Assembly: GCA_039815525.1 (NCBI GenBank)
Contig: JBCBZF010000001.1
Location: forward strand, 1-50,284
DNA length: 50,284 bases
Source of the DNA: Bacteroidota bacterium
Lineage (GTDB): Bacteria > Bacteroidota > Bacteroidia > J057
Direction: 5' to 3'
The notes under the pieces are model-generated. The model ran no database searches and was not told where the DNA came from. It was given only the letters and a program-made list of their open reading frames with translations. The translations under genes and the position numbers were made by a program. Positions 11,447 to 20,332 of the stretch are shown one piece after another. Numbering within the stretch: the first letter of the stretch is position 1; each line of letters begins with the position of its first letter.

Positions 11447-12784
11447 ATGAAAAATCTCATCCAGACCCTACAGAACATTTTCAAGATTCCTGAGCTGCGC
11501 AACAGGATCCTGTACACGATTGGTCTCCTCGCGGTATTCCGCCTCGGAACGTTCGTGATTCTGCCTGGTATCAACAGTCAGATTCTTGAAGCCAGCTTTG
11601 CCAATAGTGGCTCAGGTGGATTACTTGATCTCTTCAACGTTTTCATGGGTGGTGCTTTCGCCCGCGGATCTGTCCTCGCGTTGGGGATTATGCCATACAT
11701 CTCTGCATCGATTATCATTCAATTGGCCGGTGCAGTGCTTCCTTCCATGCAGAAACTTCGAATGGAAGGTGAAAGTGGGCAGAAGAAAATGAATCAGATC
11801 ACACGATATGTGTCTGTGGTTGTTACCCTCGGTCAGGCGATCAGCTATGTAGTTTACCTACGCTCGAGCTACGCCAATGCCATTTATGGGGATGGGATTT
11901 TCTTCTGGATCATGACTGCTGCGATTCTGACTGCCGGAACGATGTTCTTGGTATGGTTAGGCGAGCGGATCACTGACAATGGCATTGGTAATGGTGTTTC
12001 TCTGATCATCATGATTGGTATCATCTCCAATTTCCCAGGTGCAATTATCAGTGAAGCACAAGATAAATTGCCAATGGTTTTCTTCATCGAAATCCTGGCT
12101 CTGGGTGTGGTTACCATGGCTGTGGTAGCGCTTACCCAGGCAACACGCAAGATCCCCGTTAATTACGCCCGTCAGATGATGGGTAACCGGATCGGTCAGA
12201 TGGGAAAAGGAACAGCTGCTCGTCAGTATATTCCGTTGAAAGTCAACTCCGCTGGTGTGATGCCGATTATCTTTGCACAAGCGATCATGTTCCTGCCAGC
12301 TACCTTGATTCAGTTCTCGGGAGCAGACAGCTTGACCTGGGTTGCACAAACCTTTGGTGATATTACCAGCTTTGGCTACAATGTCATCTTCTTCTTAATG
12401 ATCATTCTCTTTACTTACTTCTACACTGCCATTACGGTACGTCCAGATGAGATTGCATCAAATCTGAAAAGAAATGGTGGTTTCATTCCTGGTGTGAAGC
12501 CTGGAAAGAAGACGGAGTTGTATATAGATACAGTTTTATCACGGATTACTTTGCCAGGATCTATCTTTTTGGCTTTCGTATCCATTTTCCCTGCAATCGC
12601 AATCGTGATGGGATCCAGCAGTGGTTTTGCCCAATTCTTTGGTGGTACCACGCTTCTGATTATGATTGGTGTAGTACTTGACACATTGCAGCAGATTGAA
12701 AGCTATCTGCTCATGCGCCACTACGACGGTCTGATGCAGACTGGTCGCGTATCCGGACGGAGAAGAAGTGGAATTGCAGTTTAA
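11447..12784 (+). CDS. secY: Preprotein translocase subunit SecY
   Basis: 445 aa, polytopic membrane protein, ...GSVLALGIMPYISASIIIQL...; follows rplO as in all bacteria. Confidence 0.97.
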   Translation: MKNLIQTLQNIFKIPELRNRILYTIGLLAVFRLGTFVILPGINSQILEASFANSGSGGLLDLFNVFMGGAFARGSVLALGIMPYISASIIIQLAGAVLPSMQKLRMEGESGQKKMNQITRYVSVVVTLGQAISYVVYLRSSYANAIYGDGIFFWIMTAAILTAGTMFLVWLGERITDNGIGNGVSLIIMIGIISNFPGAIISEAQDKLPMVFFIEILALGVVTMAVVALTQATRKIPVNYARQMMGNRIGQMGKGTAARQYIPLKVNSAGVMPIIFAQAIMFLPATLIQFSGADSLTWVAQTFGDITSFGYNVIFFLMIILFTYFYTAITVRPDEIASNLKRNGGFIPGVKPGKKTELYIDTVLSRITLPGSIFLAFVSIFPAIAIVMGSSSGFAQFFGGTTLLIMIGVVLDTLQQIESYLLMRHYDGLMQTGRVSGRRRSGIAV

Positions 12785-12795
12785 TCAAAGCATCA

Positions 12796-13593
12796 ATGGC
12801 ATCAGTCAGAGAGGTACAGGTTAAGCGGGAAGAAGAGATCGAGCTGATCCGAGAAAGTTCTTTACTTGTTGGGAAAACTTTGGGTGAACTGAAAAAGCAC
12901 ATCGAACCTGGTGTCAGTACGCTGAAACTAGACCAGATTGCGGAAGCATTCATTCGGGATCACGGAGCAATCCCCGGCTTTAAGGATTATGCCCCGAGCT
13001 TTGGAGAATCTCCATTTCCATATACGCTATGCACTTCAGTGAATGAGGAAGTGGTGCATGGAATGCCATCCGACAACCGTATTTTACAGGAAGGAGACAT
13101 TATCTCTATTGACTGTGGCGTCCTGAAGAATGGTTATTATGGTGATTCAGCCTATACCTTTGCGGTAGGGGAAATATCCAGTAAAAAACGCCGACTCATG
13201 GATGTTACCAAGGCGGCGCTTTACAAAGGCATTGAAAAAGCTGTAGCTGGCAATCGTTTGGGAGATATTTCTAATGCGATCCAGCGACATGCTGAGACAT
13301 ATGGATATAGCATTGTCCGCGAAATGGTTGGGCATGGTTTGGGACAAAACCTTCACGAACCACCCGAAGTGCCAAACTACGGCCGTCGCCGTACTGGCAT
13401 GAAACTGGAAGAAGGGCTCGTCATTGCAATTGAACCGATGATCAACTTGGGCCGCCGGTTCATCAAAGTTGCCAACGACGGCTGGACAGTTTACGCAACT
13501 GACCACAAAGCATCAGCTCATTATGAGCATTGCATCGTGATCAGGAAGGACAAAGCGGAAATTTTATCTACCTTCGATTATATAGAGAATTAA
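12796..13593 (+). CDS. map: Type I methionine aminopeptidase
   Basis: 265 aa with metal-ligand contexts ...ISIDCGV..., GDSAYTF, VGHGLG, IAIEPM. It directly follows secY, with no adk, as in Bacteroidota. Confidence 0.96.
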   Translation: MASVREVQVKREEEIELIRESSLLVGKTLGELKKHIEPGVSTLKLDQIAEAFIRDHGAIPGFKDYAPSFGESPFPYTLCTSVNEEVVHGMPSDNRILQEGDIISIDCGVLKNGYYGDSAYTFAVGEISSKKRRLMDVTKAALYKGIEKAVAGNRLGDISNAIQRHAETYGYSIVREMVGHGLGQNLHEPPEVPNYGRRRTGMKLEEGLVIAIEPMINLGRRFIKVANDGWTVYATDHKASAHYEHCIVIRKDKAEILSTFDYIEN

Positions 13594-13607
13594 AACCATA
13601 CTACGTT

Positions 13608-13826
13608 TTGCCAAAACAGGACCATATAAAAGTTGATGGAGAGGTATTAGAAGCATTACCCAATGCGAGATTCCGTGTGAAATTGGAAAATGGCCACGAA
13701 TTGCTGGCCCACATCGCAGGCAAAATGCGTATGCACTACATCAAGATTTTGCCTGGTGATCGCGTAGCTCTGGAGATTTCTCCTTATGATCTGGGAAAAG
13801 GAAGAATTGTATATCGATACAAATAG
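13608..13826 (+). CDS. infA: Translation initiation factor IF-1 (TTG start)
   Basis: The listed ORF 13530..13826 overlaps map. The canonical 72-aa IF-1 ((M)[30 protein letters not shown]...RIVYRYK) starts at the in-frame TTG at 13608, 15 nt after the map stop. Confidence 0.93.
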   Translation: MPKQDHIKVDGEVLEALPNARFRVKLENGHELLAHIAGKMRMHYIKILPGDRVALEISPYDLGKGRIVYRYK

Positions 13827-13838
13827 AACTGAAAGAAA

Positions 13839-13955
13839 ATGAAAGTTCGAGCATCAGTAAAAAAACGTTCCTCAGATGACAAGATCATCCGCAGAAGAGG
13901 AAAAGTGTACGTGATTAACAAGAAAAATCCACGTAACAAACAGCGGCAGGGTTGA
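13839..13955 (+). CDS. rpmJ: 50S ribosomal protein L36 (Cys-less form)
   Basis: Not in the ORF track because it is under 60 aa. Hand translation gives [38 protein letters not shown], a canonical L36 frame between infA and rpsM, with the zinc-ligand Cys/His positions replaced. Confidence 0.9.
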   Translation: MKVRASVKKRSSDDKIIRRRGKVYVINKKNPRNKQRQG

Positions 13956-13988
13956 GTGTAAACTCAGACCTATAATGATACATACATT

Positions 13989-14366
13989 ATGGCAAGGATT
14001 TCTGGCGTAGATTTACCAAAAAACAAAAGAGGCGTAATTGGGCTGACCTACATCTTCGGGATTGGCCGCACCTCATCGTCCCAGATTCTGGAGAAGGCTG
14101 GAATCAGTGAGGACAAAAAGGTAAAAGACTGGACTGATGATGAGATCGTAATGATCCGTCGAATCATCGGTGATGAATATAAAGTTGAAGGTGCTCTCAG
14201 AAGTGAGATCCAGTTGAACATCAAACGACTGATGGACATTGGTTCTTTCCGCGGACTGCGCCACCGTAAAGGTCTACCACTCCGAGGCCAGCGTACCCGT
14301 ACCAATGCCCGGACCAGAAAAGGTAGAAAGAAAACTGTGGCCGGTAAGAAAAAGGCACCTAAATAA
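13989..14366 (+). CDS. rpsM: 30S ribosomal protein S13
   Basis: 125 aa, [14 protein letters not shown]...[21 protein letters not shown]; S13 signature. Confidence 0.96.
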   Translation: MARISGVDLPKNKRGVIGLTYIFGIGRTSSSQILEKAGISEDKKVKDWTDDEIVMIRRIIGDEYKVEGALRSEIQLNIKRLMDIGSFRGLRHRKGLPLRGQRTRTNARTRKGRKKTVAGKKKAPK

Positions 14367-14435
14367 TATGTATTGGCTGGTGGCGCTCAGATTCTCGCTA
14401 AGTATGTGATCCGCCAGCTTTAATCATCTATCATC

Positions 14436-14825
14436 ATGGCAAAATCGTCAAGATCAAGCAATAAAAAGAAGAAAAAAGTTGAACCGGTAGGTCAGGTTCA
14501 TATCACCTCTTCTTTCAACAATATCATCATTACCATCACTGACCTCTCCGGGAATGCCATTTCCTGGTCTGCTGCTGGTAAAATGGGCTTCCGGGGTTCC
14601 AAGAAGAACACACCTTATGCTGCTCAGGTAGCAGCTACTGACTGTGCCCGTAAAGCCTATGACATGGGCCTGCGCAAAGCAGAAGTGTTCGTGAAAGGAA
14701 CTGGATCCGGTCGTGAAGCTGCTATTCGTGCAGTCAATGCAGTTGGAATCGAAATCACTGTCATTCGTGATATCACCCCACTGCCCCACAATGGGTGTCG
14801 TCCTCCCAAAAGGAGAAGAGTGTAA
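14436..14825 (+). CDS. rpsK: 30S ribosomal protein S11
   Basis: 129 aa, ...[18 protein letters not shown]...[13 protein letters not shown]; S11 signature. Confidence 0.96.
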   Translation: MAKSSRSSNKKKKKVEPVGQVHITSSFNNIIITITDLSGNAISWSAAGKMGFRGSKKNTPYAAQVAATDCARKAYDMGLRKAEVFVKGTGSGREAAIRAVNAVGIEITVIRDITPLPHNGCRPPKRRRV

Positions 14826-14857
14826 TTGGTTGAATTTTATCAAAGAGTAGAAGATAC

Positions 14858-15457
14858 ATGGCACGATATAGAGGTCCGAAGGGTAAAATCGCCCGGAAAT
14901 TCAAAGAGCCGATCTTTGGTCCCACCAAAGTACTTGACCGTAAGAAATTTGGTCCGGGACAACATGGACGTAGCCGTCGGAGAAAGGTTTCTGACTATGC
15001 CGTTCAGTTGCTGGAAAAGCAGAAAGCCAAATACATTTATGGCCTGCTTGAGCGTCAGTTCCGCAACACTTTCAAGAAAGCTTCCCGTAAGAAAGGTGTG
15101 ACCGGTGAGGTATTCCTGCAAATGCTGGAATCTCGCCTTGACAACACTGTTTTCCGTATGGGGTTTGCGCCTACTCGTCGCGCTGCGCGTCAGCTGGTTG
15201 GGCACAAGCACTTCAAGGTCAATGGTGTAGTAACCAACATTCCATCTTTCATGATGCAGCCAGGCGACACCATCGAGGTACGCGACAGAAGCCGTAATCT
15301 GGAAGCAATTACGTCGAACCTGGGACGTGCACAACGCTATTCCTGGTTGGATGTAAACAATGATCGGCTGGTTGGAACATACCTGAACAACCCAGACCGT
15401 GAAGAGATCCCTGAGAACATCAAGGAGCAGTTGATTGTAGAACTTTACTCCAAATAG
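14858..15457 (+). CDS. rpsD: 30S ribosomal protein S4
   Basis: 199 aa, [15 protein letters not shown]...; S4 N-terminal and S4 RNA-binding domain. Confidence 0.96.
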   Translation: MARYRGPKGKIARKFKEPIFGPTKVLDRKKFGPGQHGRSRRRKVSDYAVQLLEKQKAKYIYGLLERQFRNTFKKASRKKGVTGEVFLQMLESRLDNTVFRMGFAPTRRAARQLVGHKHFKVNGVVTNIPSFMMQPGDTIEVRDRSRNLEAITSNLGRAQRYSWLDVNNDRLVGTYLNNPDREEIPENIKEQLIVELYSK

Positions 15458-15521
15458 TAAAGGACCAATCTGACGATTTGCAAGAAATACAACTCATTCA
15501 GTAAGCAAGCAAACGCACCAT

Positions 15522-16511
15522 ATGGCACTGTTAAACTTCCAAATGCCCGAAAAAGTTGTTCTGGAAAAGGACAACGACTTTTATGGACGGTTCATCCTCC
15601 GTCCGTTGGAAAGAGGGTATGGGATTACCGTCGGAAATTCCTTGCGTCGGGTTCTTTTGTCTTCTCTTGAAGGACATGCGATTACGTCCATTAAAATTCC
15701 TGGTGTAGACCATGAATTTTCAGTTGTGCCGGGTGTGGTGGAAGATGTTACTGAGGTGATTTTGAACCTCAAAGCTGTCAGAATGAAGAAAATCGTCGAA
15801 GATGGCGATTCTAAAATCTTCGTATCTGTTCGTGGTAAAGAGACTTTTACTGCTGGCGACATCGCGGATCACACCACTGCCTTTCAGGTGACCAACCCAG
15901 ATATGGTCATCGCTCACCTTGATCCCAAAACGCAGTTCGATATTGAGCTGACTATTTCCAAAGGCCGCGGCTATGTCCCTGCTGAGGAAAATAAACCTGC
16001 GAATGCACCCATCGGTGAAATTCCAATTGATGCCATCTTCACGCCGATCCGCAATGTCAAATATACAGTAGATGACTACCGGATCGAACAGAAAACTGAC
16101 TATGAGCAGTTGGAAATCGAAGTGAAGACTGATGGAACCATCGATGCTGAGTCTGCCCTTAAAGAAGGTGCAAACATTCTGCTGCGTCACCTGATGCTCT
16201 TCTCTGATGATTCGATCAAACTCAAATCTGAAGAGCCTGAGAAGAAAGATGAGGTAGATGAAAACTATCTGCAAATGCGGAAACTGCTGAAGACGCCATT
16301 GTCCGAGCTGGATCTGTCCGTTCGTGCATACAACTGTCTCAAAGCAGCCGACATCAAAACACTGGGTGATCTGGTGAGCTACAACATCGCTGATCTCCTG
16401 AAATTCCGGAACTTCGGTAAGAAGTCTCTGACCGAACTGGAAGAGCTGGTGGCAGATAAAAGCCTGACCTTCGGCATGGATGTTGTCAAGTACAAACTTG
16501 ACGAAGACTGA
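15522..16511 (+). CDS. rpoA: DNA-directed RNA polymerase subunit alpha
   Basis: 329 aa, ...[17 protein letters not shown]...; the C-terminal domain has ...[21 protein letters not shown]... (HhH); conserved position. Confidence 0.97.
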   Translation: MALLNFQMPEKVVLEKDNDFYGRFILRPLERGYGITVGNSLRRVLLSSLEGHAITSIKIPGVDHEFSVVPGVVEDVTEVILNLKAVRMKKIVEDGDSKIFVSVRGKETFTAGDIADHTTAFQVTNPDMVIAHLDPKTQFDIELTISKGRGYVPAEENKPANAPIGEIPIDAIFTPIRNVKYTVDDYRIEQKTDYEQLEIEVKTDGTIDAESALKEGANILLRHLMLFSDDSIKLKSEEPEKKDEVDENYLQMRKLLKTPLSELDLSVRAYNCLKAADIKTLGDLVSYNIADLLKFRNFGKKSLTELEELVADKSLTFGMDVVKYKLDED

Positions 16512-16521
16512 TAAAATTTGG

Positions 16522-16562
16522 CGTTGGATCTGAATCGAATCGATTTGGATCCAGCGTTTTTT
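16522..16562 (+). terminator. Terminator-like hairpin plus T6 immediately after rpoA
   Basis: CGTTGGATC (16522-16530) pairs with GATCCAGCG (16548-16556), 9 bp with one G-U pair, followed by TTTTTT (16557-16562). Confidence 0.5.
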
Positions 16563-16624
16563 CGTTCTTTTCCAAACCATATTTATGGTTTCATTTCCCG
16601 GAAGATTATGACCCTCCTTGTGAG

Positions 16625-16653
16625 GAATGCTTCCGGCAAGCATTCACTTTTTT
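16625..16653 (+). promoter_or_regulatory. Second hairpin plus T6, ending 10 nt upstream of the rplQ ATG (attenuator or leader structure?)
   Basis: GAATGCTT (16625-16632) and AAGCATTC (16638-16645) form a perfect 8-bp stem with a 5-nt loop CCGGC, then AC + TTTTTT (16648-16653). The rplQ ATG is at 16664. Confidence 0.45.
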
Positions 16654-16663
16654 AGCTTTAAAA

Positions 16664-17599
16664 ATGAGACACGGTAAGAAATTCAACCATCTGGGTCGTA
16701 AATCGGCCCACCGGAAAGCCATGTTGTCCAACATGGCAAGCTCGCTCATCGAGCACAAGCGTATCACCACCACGCTGGCCAAGGCAAAGGCCCTCCGGAA
16801 ATTTGTCGAACCTCTCATCACCAAGGCCAAAGACAATACCACGCACTCCCGTCGCGTCGTGTTTTCATATCTCCAGAATAAGGATGCCATCAAGGAATTG
16901 TTCGGTCCGATTGCCAGCGCAGTCTACGATCGTCCTGGTGGCTATACCCGTATCCTGAAGCTTGGCCCCCGTCCTGGCGACAGTGCTGAAATGGCATTGA
17001 TCGAACTGGTCGACTTCAACGAACTGGCACCAGCCAAAGCGGCAAGTGGCGGTAAGAAGAAACGTCGTCGTCGCGGCAAAGGTGGCGCAGGAAAAAGCCA
17101 GCAGAAAGTAGCTCCGGCTGTTGAAGAAGCAGTAGTAGAAACACCTGAAGTTGTCGAAGAGGTGATCGAAGACGCTGCTGTGGTGGAAGAAACGGTTGAA
17201 GAAGTAGTAGAAGAGACCGCAGAAGAAGTTGTGGCTGAAGAAGCTGTTGTGGAAGAGGCACCGGTTGAAGAACCAGTTGCTGAAGACGCGCCAGTAGAAG
17301 AAGCACCGGCTGAAGAGCCAGTTGCTGAAGAAGCCCCTGCGGTTGAGCCCGACGACTTCAAGAAAATTGAAGGAATCGGACCCAAAATCTCCTCTCTTCT
17401 GCACGATGCGGGTATTCTGACTTTTGCACAGCTTGCTGAAACGGATGCTGACCGCATTCGCGAAATTCTGGCTGCGGCAGGAAACCGTTACAAAGCTCAC
17501 GATCCATCCACCTGGCCCAAGCAGTCTGGTATGGCTGCCGAAGGAAAGTGGGATGAATTGAAAAAATGGCAGGACGAACTCGACGGCGGGAAAGAGTAA
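16664..17599 (+). CDS. rplQ: 50S ribosomal protein L17 with long C-terminal extension (basic linker, acidic E/V/A/P repeat, helix-hairpin-helix-like domain)
   Basis: Residues 1-~118 are canonical L17 ([56 protein letters not shown]...[25 protein letters not shown]). The same ORF continues uninterrupted to 311 aa. Confidence 0.93.
   Translation: MRHGKKFNHLGRKSAHRKAMLSNMASSLIEHKRITTTLAKAKALRKFVEPLITKAKDNTTHSRRVVFSYLQNKDAIKELFGPIASAVYDRPGGYTRILKLGPRPGDSAEMALIELVDFNELAPAKAASGGKKKRRRRGKGGAGKSQQKVAPAVEEAVVETPEVVEEVIEDAAVVEETVEEVVEETAEEVVAEEAVVEEAPVEEPVAEDAPVEEAPAEEPVAEEAPAVEPDDFKKIEGIGPKISSLLHDAGILTFAQLAETDADRIREILAAAGNRYKAHDPSTWPKQSGMAAEGKWDELKKWQDELDGGKE
17111..17353 (+). repeat. In-frame low-complexity acidic repeat (E/V/A/P) within rplQ
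   Basis: Codons ~150-230 read [80 protein letters not shown]. Degenerate GAAGAA/GTTG/GCTGAAGA units recur at the DNA level, and all three antisense frames are open across it. Confidence 0.7.
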
Positions 17600-17624
17600 A
17601 ACCACCATTTTTGAACAAAATCTG

Positions 17625-17653
17625 AAGCGCGCTCATTTTTGGGCGCGCTTTTT
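17625..17653 (+). terminator. Rho-independent terminator of the ribosomal or alpha operon
   Basis: AAGCGCGC (17625-17632) pairs with GCGCGCTT (17643-17650), 8 bp, GC-rich, with a 10-nt loop. It runs into a T-tract (17649-17653), 26 nt after the rplQ stop. Confidence 0.75.
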
Positions 17654-17660
17654 GTATGTA

Positions 17661-18020
17661 ATGGTGACTAATAAAACGTCCTCCTCAAAACGCGAATCAT
17701 TTCGAATGATCAAACGACTCAAAACGTTGATGGCACGCTCCGCAAAATCCGAACAAAACCTTGACGCTAAACTTATCCGCGAAGCAGAACAGGACGACAA
17801 TCCTTTGCAATGGATTACTTCCATCTCCCAATGCAAAATGGAAGACCAGCCTGTCTTTTTGGTGGAACAAAATGACGGCTTTGGTGTCTTCGGCCTGCAA
17901 AGCAAGCGTCTGATTTTTGATTTAAAAGGGAAAATGCGTTCTGTCAGCGAATGTGCATTGGAAGAACAACACATGATCTGGTCGCGCTTCTCAGATGTAA
18001 AATCCTCTCCCAATAGTTGA
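17661..18020 (+). CDS. Hypothetical protein
   Basis: The listed ORF 17652..18020 begins with a TTG inside the terminator T-tract. The first ATG is at 17661, with another at 17706. The sequence is plausible for a soluble protein (..DDNPLQWITSISQCKMEDQPVFLVEQNDGFGVFGLQSKRLIFDLKG..). No family was recognised, and a competing antisense ORF exists. Confidence 0.4.
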   Translation: MVTNKTSSSKRESFRMIKRLKTLMARSAKSEQNLDAKLIREAEQDDNPLQWITSISQCKMEDQPVFLVEQNDGFGVFGLQSKRLIFDLKGKMRSVSECALEEQHMIWSRFSDVKSSPNS

Positions 18021-18051
18021 TCTTCGTTGCGGCCATCGCTACCTTGATAGC

Positions 18052-18531
18052 ATGGCACAATCCTCTCCACAAACCCCCACCCCTGAGTCTAATCCATTTC
18101 AGGAAATCCTACTGGCCTTTGGCATCTCGATGATCCTGCCAGGCATCCTCAGCTTCGCCCTCGTTGTTACAACCGCTGCGAATCACATCTTTTTTGTCTT
18201 TCTCCTCTTCTTCTTCACTTTTTTATTCGGTATGGGCATGACCATGGGTCTCGCCATTATCAGAGGCATTTTCCATTTATTTGGATCAATCTTCAGTAAA
18301 AGAAGTCGAAAAGTGTTGCAAGAGGATGGCCAGGAAACGGCCACAAAGTTTCGGTGGACCTTCGTGTTCGTCGGCCTGGTTCTGTTTGGACTGGGGGGCT
18401 TTCTGTTCCGGGATACATCTCCTGCAGAAGGCGATATGACCCATCCGATTCTGCTTGCTGTCGGGGGTGGTTACGGTTACTTGATCGCCTGGATGGTCAA
18501 AAACGGATACATCGACCCCAATGATTGGTAA
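18052..18531 (+). CDS. Hypothetical integral membrane protein
   Basis: 159 aa with about four hydrophobic helices (ILLAFGISMILPGILSFALVV, IFFVFLLFFFTFLFGMGMTMGLAII, WTFVFVGLVLFGLGGFLF, ILLAVGGGYGYLIAWMV). Confidence 0.6.
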   Translation: MAQSSPQTPTPESNPFQEILLAFGISMILPGILSFALVVTTAANHIFFVFLLFFFTFLFGMGMTMGLAIIRGIFHLFGSIFSKRSRKVLQEDGQETATKFRWTFVFVGLVLFGLGGFLFRDTSPAEGDMTHPILLAVGGGYGYLIAWMVKNGYIDPNDW

Positions 18532-18534
18532 TCG

Positions 18535-20190
18535 CTATTCGCTTTTTATGAATCTGCGACTATACCGCTTTCCAGACTGGTCTTCTAGCTGGACCATATA
18601 CATTCCTTTGGCCAAATGCCCCACTGCAAAGGATATTTGCTGACCTGATTCAGCTGCTTTTTCTATGAGTAATCGTCCCTGAATATCCAACAATCTCACC
18701 CGTTTGAGTATGTTTTGGCCAGAGACTTTTACATTGAGAAAGTCCTGTGCTGGATTAGGAAAAAGATGCCATCCAGGTTCATCATCATGTGGCTCAAGTG
18801 AAGTCGCGATATAGGTTTTGGGATAAAAGGCATACTTGATCAAAAAGGCGTTTTCACTGGACGTCCTGATGAGAGCGGCCGGCCCACCCATTGGATCGAT
18901 ATACATACTATCGCCGTAGAAGAAGGTGCCGCCAACATAAAAATTTCCGTCATCATCCGGCACAATGAAGCGGGAAGATGGTGCCGCTTCCAGTGAATGA
19001 ACCCATTGGAAATCTCCCAGACTATCGTAAATCGAAAAAAACATATTGTCCATTCCGGTACCATTCAGCATGACGGTCGAATCTCCTGGATCCACATCGA
19101 TTTGATTGCCAAATTGCCCCATGAGATAGATACGCTCCTGATTGTCAACACTCATCCCCCATCCTCGGTCATAATCTGGTCCGCCAACACTGCCAGCCAA
19201 CAGGAACTCACCTTCAGGGGAATATTTTGCGAAAAAGATATCAGATTCGCCTACAGGGGTCAGCTGGTAGGTGCTGTCACTGGGATCAAAATCCGCCGGG
19301 CCTTCAAAATCCCCGGCCAGATACAGGTAGCCAGACGCGTCGATCAAAAACTTTCTGGCAATGTCTCTGGCCATTCCTCCCATGCCTTTAACCCAATGAA
19401 ACTGTCCAAGAGTGTCATAGGCAGCAATAAAGGCATCCGTACCAAAGGCATTAATGGTTGAAAGACTATCGATCGGATCAAAATCGCCTGTCCCTGTAAT
19501 GGTCCCGCCGACATACACGATGCTATCGTGCACACCGATGCCAGCGGACCAGTCGATACCAAATCCCCCCGCACTTTTGGCCCACCGAAAGTCGCCATTC
19601 ACATCATAGGAAGCGACAAATAGATCTGTTTGCCCGGCGCTGCTGAGGGTCGTCGACGTGGGGCCGGGATCAAAATCAACACTTGAGGTAAAGGAACCGC
19701 TCAGATAGAGATTCCCAGCTGCATCACGGACCAATTGGGAAGCACCATCATCGCCGCTGCCCCCCAGGACAAATGCCCAAATCGTTTGCCCAATTGCATC
19801 AAAGTGTGCGAGAAAAATGTCATTGCCACCCAATCCGGAAAGGGTATCGGCCTGAGGGGTAAAATGATTCAAAATCACCTGGGTGTTAAAATTTCCCAGC
19901 ACGTACATACCACCTTGCCCATCCAGTTGAATGTCTGAAATGCTTACCGAGGTAAACGAGCTTTTAAACCCACGATTCCACAGTTGATAGCCTGCTGAAT
20001 CAAATTGCGTGATATAAGCAAGCGATAGGCCCGAGCCACTGACATACAGATTTTTCTGTCCTTCAACCGTCAGAGAGGTAGGTGGCCCCGTAAGATTTGT
20101 ACCCCAGTGAAGGTATTGGGCTGTCGTCGTAGAGGGTGTACAGATGAGGAGCAGTGCGGCCCATACAAGGAGGTAGAGATGTTTTTTCAT
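18535..20190 (-). CDS. Secreted SBBP/beta-propeller repeat protein with T9SS C-terminal sorting domain
   Basis: The true start is taken as MKKHLYLLVWAALLLICTPSTTTAQ (signal peptide) at 20190, not the listed 20397. It has repeated ..GG.G.D.A..L..DA.GN.YL.G.F....DFDPG.. units and a C-terminus LFPNPAQDFLNVKVSG...GMYMVQLEDQSGKRYSRRFIKSE. Confidence 0.85.
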   Translation of the reverse strand: MKKHLYLLVWAALLLICTPSTTTAQYLHWGTNLTGPPTSLTVEGQKNLYVSGSGLSLAYITQFDSAGYQLWNRGFKSSFTSVSISDIQLDGQGGMYVLGNFNTQVILNHFTPQADTLSGLGGNDIFLAHFDAIGQTIWAFVLGGSGDDGASQLVRDAAGNLYLSGSFTSSVDFDPGPTSTTLSSAGQTDLFVASYDVNGDFRWAKSAGGFGIDWSAGIGVHDSIVYVGGTITGTGDFDPIDSLSTINAFGTDAFIAAYDTLGQFHWVKGMGGMARDIARKFLIDASGYLYLAGDFEGPADFDPSDSTYQLTPVGESDIFFAKYSPEGEFLLAGSVGGPDYDRGWGMSVDNQERIYLMGQFGNQIDVDPGDSTVMLNGTGMDNMFFSIYDSLGDFQWVHSLEAAPSSRFIVPDDDGNFYVGGTFFYGDSMYIDPMGGPAALIRTSSENAFLIKYAFYPKTYIATSLEPHDDEPGWHLFPNPAQDFLNVKVSGQNILKRVRLLDIQGRLLIEKAAESGQQISFAVGHLAKGMYMVQLEDQSGKRYSRRFIKSE

Positions 20191-20332
20191 GGAGAATATT
20201 TCAGTTTTCGATAGAGGACACGAAGAAAGCAGGGAAAAGGATGGGAGGGGAGATAAATATTTTTCAATACGTTTGGCGACAGCCACGATGATCGTAGATG
20301 GATGGGGGAGATCTTTCAATTGCTCGTTTGTA

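Noticed and set aside
14367-14435. 69-nt rpsM-rpsK spacer with a possible 8-bp stem (GCTGGTGG / CCGCCAGC, one G-U pair) and a 27-nt loop
   Set aside because: The large loop and short stem make it weak, with no T-tract of note. It is plausibly just spacer structure, and I cannot distinguish it from chance.
15720-16643. 307-aa minus-strand ORF antisense to rpoA
   Set aside because: It lies opposite a certain gene and has no motif or signal. This genome shows many long open antisense frames, so length alone is not evidence.
16865-17608. Three nested minus-strand ORFs (247, 171 and 96 aa) antisense to the rplQ extension
   Set aside because: All three antisense frames are open simply because the sense strand is GAA/GAG/GTN/GCN-rich, so the antisense TTC/CTC/NAC/NGC codons contain no stops. 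The products are poly-S/T/F/L low complexity.
17633-18070. 145-aa minus-strand ORF overlapping the first post-terminator ORF
   Set aside because: It is Cys-rich with odd composition (..MCCSSNAHS..CRPKTPKPSFCS..). It would start inside the downstream + gene and end inside the rplQ terminator. The + strand ORF reads more protein-like, but neither is proven.
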